Below the pieces are notes generated by a model. It saw nothing but the letters and a program-made list of their open reading frames with translations. It was not told where the DNA came from and searched no databases. 29,468 bases of DNA, from contig NZ_JAYKGW010000147.1 of assembly GCF_035285525.1 (NCBI RefSeq), forward strand, positions 1 to 29,468, read 5' to 3'. Shown here in pieces: positions 23,666-29,468 of the stretch (position 1 is the first letter of the stretch; each line of letters starts with the position of its first letter). The stretch is from Okeania sp. (GTDB lineage Bacteria; Cyanobacteriota; Cyanobacteriia; Cyanobacteriales; Microcoleaceae). The translations under genes were made by a program, and so were the position numbers.

Positions 23666-23675
23666 CTCCTACATT

Positions 23676-26372
23676 TTAATCAGAAGATAAATCGCGCAAT
23701 TTACTCTGCCGTAATTTTGCCAACAAAGAGGTAGGATCAATTCCTGCATCTTGATAAGCTTGAATAGCACGTTTACGCCAATCAAGATTCTCTTCTCCTG
23801 GAAAGCTACGCCTTAATTCTCTAACTGTAGATATTGCATTAGTTGCCCACTTTTTGAAGTCTTCTAAATTCCAGTAACATACGTCTTCTGTATAAGGTTT
23901 AGCATCAGGTTCTATTTTTGCACAAGGTGTAATGAGGGCTGGAATAATATCTGCGGATTGAGATAAAGAGGTATCTTTATTTTCTCTAATCCATTTTGGG
24001 TGCGATGCTGCCTCTCTAACTTTGACAGACCCGAGGGTAGTTTCTGTATTGCCTTCTGAGTGGTCTTCAAATACTATGCACAAGTCATCTCCAGCAATCC
24101 ACCAAGGGTCTGGAGCGCTATGGGTTGTGGAGTTACCTGAGTCATAACCCAATAGTTTTCCTAATCTTTCATGGCCGTCCTCAAATTTTTTACTTAGCTT
24201 GTTACGCCCCTCATCTGTCAGATTTTGCCGATCTTTTATTGGGGGATTTAGATTATCAAAAATTGCTCTTACCTCTTTATCAAATTTTGTACTATTCCTT
24301 GTACCTAATTTGATTAATCGCTGCTCTAAACCTTCTATCACTTTGCTAAGTCTTGGATCGACTTGAGGAACTTCATCTTCTAATGACAATCGAGCAAGTC
24401 GTGAAAACCATGTAACCTCTGGAGCAACTTTAGCAGCACGTTTAAAATAATCTCTTGCCTTACTTTCCATAGAGGTAATTCCATCTTTGGCTCCCATCCA
24501 TGCAGCACTTCCTGCAAGATAGTACCAAAAAGCGATGTAACCTCTAAGCTCTGGATCATTTGCTTGGTTAAGCTGACTAAAAACACTTTCGCACTTAGCT
24601 AGAGCTTCTTCAAAATTGCGATGCCAAATACAATACTGATATTTTACTTCATCAGAAACAGTTTCTTTCAGCTTTTCTATTGCAGGTAGTTTAGCTTGCT
24701 CTAATCTTCCTCTATGATAAATTATGTCTTCCTCAGCTTGATTCCATTTTTCTCCATGTTCTAAAAAAATATTAAGGTTTTCAAGAAAATTCCTCTCTTT
24801 TTCTTCTTCTTTAGATTGCTCAATTGTATCTTCAATTTCCGCAAAATATGTTTCTTCTTTTTCTGCTTTAGATTGCTCAATTCCATATTCAATTTCCGCT
24901 TGTAATTCAGGATGTAAAAACTTTTGTTTGTCAGGATTAAGTAAAAGATTTCTTAACTCATCTCCTAATATAACTACTGCTGCATAATCAGTATCAGACC
25001 TTGTACAACGCCCCACTGCTTGAACCATTCTAGTTATAATCCGGTCATTGAAAATTACAGCAGCACACAAACGGGTAACTAAAAATTTTTCTTGAATATT
25101 TGTAGCTCGCTGCAAATCTTTAACTATTAGTAACCGACATTCATCTTTTGGTAGATCGATTCCATCATATCTATTTGCTAGGACAGCAACAGCTCCATCT
25201 TTGGAAATAAAATCTTGTTTAGAAGTTTCAATTTCTTTACTTTCAAATATTTGATATTTTGTCTGCTCTTCAATCTTCTCTTTTACTTTCTTTGCTTGCT
25301 CATCATCTGGAACTAAGAAAAGAGAGCGAGGAGTTGAACGGAGCATTTTCATTACTAAATTTAAGGATGATTCTTGATTAAGCGAGCTTTCAGGAAAAAA
25401 GAAAAAACGACGACCAATACCTTGCTTATCCCAACCTTCTGGTACTTTTAAACGAAAAATATTTTCTATTCCAAAAAGACGCTCTATTTCTCCCCCTTCT
25501 CCTAAAGTTGCAGACATATATAAACGTTGTTTTGCTTGTGAGAATGGTGGATGGGTTTGAGTAGGAGGTATTACAGGTCTAATTAATATAGCGTTAAAAC
25601 TCAAATATATATGGCAGGCAAAAAGATGATTTCTTAGTACAGACCAAGGATACTTAATTTCATCAGAAGTATCTTGATCTAGTAGTTCTGTTAATTCTGT
25701 TCTTAATTCATATAAATCTGGTGTAGGAATTGTTTCAACCCAACTTAAATCTGATTTATCTGGATATTTAAAAAACCTTAAATAGTCTGATTCTGATATA
25801 ACCTTCTTTAAAACAGATATAATATTATTGAAAAGTGAGTCATGTTCTTTTCGTTTTATTAAGACAGACCAAAATTTAGCGACATAGTTTTCGGCAGCAT
25901 GAGCATCATCAAGTATGATTATATTTGCATCCTGAAAAAACGAGTTTGTGTTAAATAAACCACTATATGTAGTAACAGCTAAAGTTTCTCCACGCAGATA
26001 TTCTGTCTTAATTTTAGGATCATATTCCTTTTGTTTTCCAGTAAAAGCATTTGCTTTGATTCCATACTCATTAATAGACTTTTCAACTACTTGATTAACT
26101 AATTGACGAGTAGGGCAAAGATATACTACCTTTTCTTTAAACTTTCGTCGTCGCCATTCCCCAATTAATAATCCAACTAGAGTTTTACCACTGCCAGTAG
26201 GAAGTTGCAAAGCTACATCAGATTTGTTCAAAGTTTCTTCTTTTTGATATTCTCGTAATATGTCTGCTTGATGAGAAAGAAGACCTTCTATTTTTCGATT
26301 TCTTAAGTCGCGGAAAAGTGCTTCTGGAGTTTCAGGTATTATGGTTGAATGCCTAGTCTTTTTTAGTGCCAT
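23676..26372 (-). CDS. SF2 helicase (DinG/Rad3-like C-lobe flavour) fused to a ~420-aa C-terminal region with a helical-repeat segment and a restriction-endonuclease-like module
   Basis: The helicase motifs are PTGSGKT (aa 58-64), LDDAH (154-158), MSAT (286-289), NRYDGIDLPKDECRLLIV (400-417) and QAVGRCTR (451-458). The C-terminal module is FEDGHERLGKLLGY...APDPWW...LCIVFEDHSE (aa 730-773). Confidence 0.85.
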   Translation of the reverse strand: MALKKTRHSTIIPETPEALFRDLRNRKIEGLLSHQADILREYQKEETLNKSDVALQLPTGSGKTLVGLLIGEWRRRKFKEKVVYLCPTRQLVNQVVEKSINEYGIKANAFTGKQKEYDPKIKTEYLRGETLAVTTYSGLFNTNSFFQDANIIILDDAHAAENYVAKFWSVLIKRKEHDSLFNNIISVLKKVISESDYLRFFKYPDKSDLSWVETIPTPDLYELRTELTELLDQDTSDEIKYPWSVLRNHLFACHIYLSFNAILIRPVIPPTQTHPPFSQAKQRLYMSATLGEGGEIERLFGIENIFRLKVPEGWDKQGIGRRFFFFPESSLNQESSLNLVMKMLRSTPRSLFLVPDDEQAKKVKEKIEEQTKYQIFESKEIETSKQDFISKDGAVAVLANRYDGIDLPKDECRLLIVKDLQRATNIQEKFLVTRLCAAVIFNDRIITRMVQAVGRCTRSDTDYAAVVILGDELRNLLLNPDKQKFLHPELQAEIEYGIEQSKAEKEETYFAEIEDTIEQSKEEEKERNFLENLNIFLEHGEKWNQAEEDIIYHRGRLEQAKLPAIEKLKETVSDEVKYQYCIWHRNFEEALAKCESVFSQLNQANDPELRGYIAFWYYLAGSAAWMGAKDGITSMESKARDYFKRAAKVAPEVTWFSRLARLSLEDEVPQVDPRLSKVIEGLEQRLIKLGTRNSTKFDKEVRAIFDNLNPPIKDRQNLTDEGRNKLSKKFEDGHERLGKLLGYDSGNSTTHSAPDPWWIAGDDLCIVFEDHSEGNTETTLGSVKVREAASHPKWIRENKDTSLSQSADIIPALITPCAKIEPDAKPYTEDVCYWNLEDFKKWATNAISTVRELRRSFPGEENLDWRKRAIQAYQDAGIDPTSLLAKLRQSKLRDLSSD

Positions 26373-26423
26373 ATTTATCTGAATTTGTGGAAAAATACTA
26401 CTTCATTATACTGCTTTAATTTC

Positions 26424-26455
26424 AAAATTGAGGGCGGGAGTTAACCCCCCCTCAA
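26424..26455 (-). terminator. Candidate rho-independent terminator downstream of acnB
   Basis: The minus strand reads ttgaggggggg-ttaact-cccgccctcaa followed by tttt. This is an 11-bp GC-rich stem with one mismatch, ~140 nt after the acnB stop. Confidence 0.45.
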
Positions 26456-26480
26456 TTCACTTAATTTACTGAATAATTAA

Positions 26481-26592
26481 GGTTTAAAGCCTCTCCTTTA
26501 AAGGAGAATAAAAAAAATTGTTTTTAGTCAATCTTCTCCTTAAAAAGAAGAGGTAATTATTAATTATTCATTATTAATTATTCATTATTGAA
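26481..26592 (-). repeat. Family A dispersed element, copy 3 (inverted), abutting the acnB stop codon
   Basis: The reverse complement reads gttcaataatgaataattaataatgaataattaataattacctc...attttttttattctcc...ggagaggctttaaacc. Confidence 0.65.
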
Positions 26593-29202
26593 CTACTTCC
26601 CAACACCAACTGGCATTCCCAAAATCTCCTCAATCTTGGGCATCTCCTCCAACGGAATCACTCGCCCTTCATCTTCAAAACCAGCAATCTGATCGAAATT
26701 CAAATACCGATACAAATCACCCGCAAACGGATCGACTTTCTCTTTCATAATATCCAAATACTCATCCACACTAGGTATCCGTCCTAACAGCGCACACACG
26801 GCTGCCAACTCAGCAGAACCCAAATAAACGCGAGCGCCTTTACCCATACGATTATTAAAATTCCGTGTTGAAGTCGAGAACACAGTCACACCATCTTTCA
26901 CCCGCGCTTGATTTCCCATACACAAAGAACATCCAGGCATTTCTGTCCGCGCACCAGCAGCAGCAAACACGCCATACATTCCCTCTTCCCGCAACTGTTT
27001 CTCATCCATACGAGTTGGCGGACAAATCCACAAAACACCTTGCACTTTTCCAGCACCTTCCAACACTTTCGCAGCAGCACGATAGTGACCAATATTTGTC
27101 ATGCAGGAACCGATAAATACTTCATCAATTTTATCTCCTGCACATTCCGACATCAATTTAATATTATCCGGATCGTTAGGTGCTGCCAGAATAGGTTCCT
27201 TGATTTCGTTCAAATCTACCTCAATAATTTCGGCATATTCTGCATCTGCATCTCCTGACATCAATTCTGGATTTGCTAACCATTGTTCCATTTTGGCAAC
27301 CCGACGCATAATTGTCCGCGCATCGGAATAACCCCGCGCTACTATATTTTTTAACAAAGCAATATTTGAACGCAAATACTCAGAAACTGTCTCCGTACCC
27401 AACTTGATTGTGGAACCAGCACAGGAACGTTCCGCCGTCGCATCCGTTAACTCAAACGCTTGTTCAACCTTCAAATCTGGTAAACCTTCCATTTCCATGA
27501 TGCGCCCAGAAAAGACATTTTTCTTATTCTCTAGCGCTACAGTTAACAACCCTTTTTGAATCGCCACATAAGGAATAGCATTCACAATATCTCGCAATGT
27601 CACCCCTGGTTGCAACTCACCTTTAAACCTTACCAACACAGATTCTGGCATATCCAACGGCATCAAACCCAAAGCTGCTGCAAACGCTACCAAACCAGAA
27701 CCCGCAGGAAAAGAAATTCCTAGAGGAAAACGAGTATGAGAATCACCACCAGTTCCCACTGTATCTGGTAACAACATCCGGTTTAACCAAGAATGAATAA
27801 TACCATCTCCCGGACGTAAAGCTACTCCACCGCGAGCAGAAAAGAAATCAGGTAACTGTTTATGAGTCTTAATATCAACTGGTTTGGGATAAGCAGCAGT
27901 GTGACAAAAACTCTGCATTACTAAATCTGCACTGAAACCAAGACAAGCCAGTTCTTTCATTTCATCTCGCGTCATCGGTCCGGTAGTATCCTGAGAACCT
28001 ACCGTTGTCATCAATGGTTCGCAAGCTGTTCCCGGACGAACTCCTGGTAAACCGCACGCTTTACCCACCATTTTCTGTGCTAAAGTGAAACCTTTGCCGG
28101 TATCTGCTGGTGCTTGAGGACGAGTAAATACGGAACTGGTTTCTAATCCGAGAGCGTTGCGGGTTTTGTCAGTGAGACTACGCCCGATTAATAGAGGAAT
28201 CCTTCCCCCTGCTCGTACTTCGTCGAGAATGGTTTCTGGTTTCAGAGTAAAAGTGGAAATTATTTCTCCTGCTTCATTGGTAATTTCACCTTTATAAGGA
28301 TGAATAGTTATTACCATTCCTGTTTCCATTTTAGTAACATCACATTCGATGGGTAATGCACCAGAATCTTCAGCAGTGTTGAAGAAAATAGGAGCAATTT
28401 TTCCTCCTAAAATATAACCGCCAGAACGTTTATTCGGAATAAAAGGAATATCTTCCCCAATATACCACAACATAGAGTTACATGCAGATTTCCGGGATGA
28501 ACCTGTACCGACAACATCTCCAACGTAGGCGACTGGATGACCTTTTTGTTTGAGTTCGGCAATAGTTTGCAATCCTTCCGGCATTTTTGATTCCAGCATT
28601 GCTAATGCGTGGAGGGGGATGTCGGGGCGAGTGGTAGCGTGGGGAGCCGGTGACAAGTCGTCGGTATTAGTTTCCCCAGGAACTTTGAAAACAGTGACGG
28701 TTATGGTTTCTGGTAGTTGGGGGCGAGTGGTGAACCATTCTGCTGCTGCCCAAGAATCTACTACTTGTTTGGCGTAGGGGTTGGTTTCTGCTAATTCTAT
28801 AACGTCGTTGAAGGCGTCATAAACTAGCAGAGTTTTGCTTAATGCTTGAGCTGCTGTATTTGCCAGTTCAGAATTTTCGGATTTGAGGATGTCAATGAGG
28901 GATTGAACGTTATATCCACCCACCATTGTGCCTAAGAGTTCCACTGCGTAGTTGGGAGAAATGAGGGGACTGGTAATTTCTCCTTTAGCAATACCTGTAA
29001 GAAATCCTGCTTTGACATAAGCTGCTTCGTCTACTCCTGGTGGGACGCGATCGCGCAATAATTCGAGCAATTTTTCTTCTGTGCCGACAGGTGGACTTTT
29101 CAGGAGTTCACATAATTCTGATGTTTGTCCTGCATCTAGTGGCAGTGGTGGGATGCCTAAATCTGCCCGTTGTTGAACTTGGTTGTCATAGTTTTCTAAC
29201 AT
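26593..29202 (-). CDS. acnB: Aconitate hydratase B / 2-methylisocitrate dehydratase
   Basis: 869 aa with the AcnB-specific HEAT-like N-terminal domain ([24 protein letters not shown]...). The aconitase core motifs are [21 protein letters not shown] and [13 protein letters not shown]. Confidence 0.96.
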   Translation of the reverse strand: MLENYDNQVQQRADLGIPPLPLDAGQTSELCELLKSPPVGTEEKLLELLRDRVPPGVDEAAYVKAGFLTGIAKGEITSPLISPNYAVELLGTMVGGYNVQSLIDILKSENSELANTAAQALSKTLLVYDAFNDVIELAETNPYAKQVVDSWAAAEWFTTRPQLPETITVTVFKVPGETNTDDLSPAPHATTRPDIPLHALAMLESKMPEGLQTIAELKQKGHPVAYVGDVVGTGSSRKSACNSMLWYIGEDIPFIPNKRSGGYILGGKIAPIFFNTAEDSGALPIECDVTKMETGMVITIHPYKGEITNEAGEIISTFTLKPETILDEVRAGGRIPLLIGRSLTDKTRNALGLETSSVFTRPQAPADTGKGFTLAQKMVGKACGLPGVRPGTACEPLMTTVGSQDTTGPMTRDEMKELACLGFSADLVMQSFCHTAAYPKPVDIKTHKQLPDFFSARGGVALRPGDGIIHSWLNRMLLPDTVGTGGDSHTRFPLGISFPAGSGLVAFAAALGLMPLDMPESVLVRFKGELQPGVTLRDIVNAIPYVAIQKGLLTVALENKKNVFSGRIMEMEGLPDLKVEQAFELTDATAERSCAGSTIKLGTETVSEYLRSNIALLKNIVARGYSDARTIMRRVAKMEQWLANPELMSGDADAEYAEIIEVDLNEIKEPILAAPNDPDNIKLMSECAGDKIDEVFIGSCMTNIGHYRAAAKVLEGAGKVQGVLWICPPTRMDEKQLREEGMYGVFAAAGARTEMPGCSLCMGNQARVKDGVTVFSTSTRNFNNRMGKGARVYLGSAELAAVCALLGRIPSVDEYLDIMKEKVDPFAGDLYRYLNFDQIAGFEDEGRVIPLEEMPKIEEILGMPVGVGK

Positions 29203-29314
29203 TAATTTGGGTGTCCTTCTAGTTTTAGATTTTCAATTCTATAATTTTAGAGGTTTTTTTACCACTAATTATAGAAAACTGAAATAACTAAAAAAACAGT
29301 GGTTTTTAATACTT

Positions 29315-29468
29315 ATTAAGTAATTTTTCTAATTTTCTAAAGGTGTAGGTTGGGTTGAGGCACGAAACCCAACAGATTAAGTAATTTTTCTAATTTTCTA
29401 GTAGGTTGGGTTGAGGCACGAAACCCAACAGATTAAGTAATTTTTCTAATTTTCTAGTAGGTTGGGTT
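29315..29468. repeat. 56-bp tandem repeat (family C hairpin plus an AT-rich linker), 2.7 copies or more, truncated by the window end
   Basis: The unit is gtaggttgggttgaggcacgaaacccaaca + gattaagtaatttttctaattttcta. Hairpins start at 29345, 29401 and 29457, and the linkers are identical. Confidence 0.92.

Noticed and set aside
23676-26372. Absence of HIP1 (GCGATCGC) in the helicase gene as evidence for recent horizontal acquisition
   Set aside because: The core pilMNO genes (2.7 kb) also lack HIP1, and acnB has only one. The sample is too small to be informative.
26865-29222. Plus-strand ORFs inside acnB (26865-27116, 26908-27258, 27101-27331, 28550-28777, 29040-29222) and the minus-strand out-of-frame ORF at 26898-27092
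   Set aside because: All are embedded in the strongly supported 869-aa acnB reading frame, and none carries a recognisable motif.
29315-29468. Possible CRISPR array (a regularly spaced palindromic 30-mer)
   Set aside because: The 26-nt 'spacers' are identical to each other and no cas genes are nearby. It is a simple tandem repeat of a 56-bp unit.

Overview
This window is AT-rich and looks like a filamentous (Nostocales-type) cyanobacterial chromosome. The evidence is numerous HIP1 octamers (GCGATCGC), STRR-like CTACTCC heptamer arrays, and several small dispersed hairpin or MITE-like repeat families. Both window edges end inside tandem repeats. Housekeeping content is folC (512-1774), a type IV pilus assembly cluster, and acnB (26593-29202, minus). 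The pilus cluster is pilM-pilN-pilO (3367-6078) plus pilQ (7742-10123), split by an unusual 1.66-kb repeat-filled non-coding spacer. A standalone PATAN/DUF4388 gene lies divergent from pilM. The stretch from about 10.1 to 26.5 kb is accessory and heavily rearranged. It holds a small TPR gene whose 3' end is duplicated around a decayed vapBC-like cassette, then a multiply disrupted SAM-methyltransferase pseudogene. Next comes a 1313-aa mosaic enzyme combining a class I methyltransferase, a plant DUF579/GXMT-like methyltransferase, TPR repeats, a GT4 glycosyltransferase and a duplicated tail module. After it lies a defence-type island. That island has a C5-cytosine methyltransferase with a 278-aa C-terminal extension, translationally coupled to a 440-aa PD-(D/E)xK-type endonuclease. 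This pair is bracketed by ~300-bp direct repeats that encode the C-terminal (DUF4351) domain of an Rpn-family nuclease. A ~545-bp tandem segmental duplication and a full-length Rpn-family gene follow. The Rpn gene has an internal Met at exactly the position where the free-standing C-terminal copies begin. Toxin-antitoxin debris and an 898-aa SF2 helicase come next. The helicase carries a ~420-aa non-helicase C-terminal region that includes a restriction-endonuclease-like module. My best candidates for something undescribed are the helicase fusion as a single-gene defence candidate and the Rpn long/short arrangement with satellite copies flanking the R-M unit. All family assignments come from reading motifs by eye, and no database search was possible.
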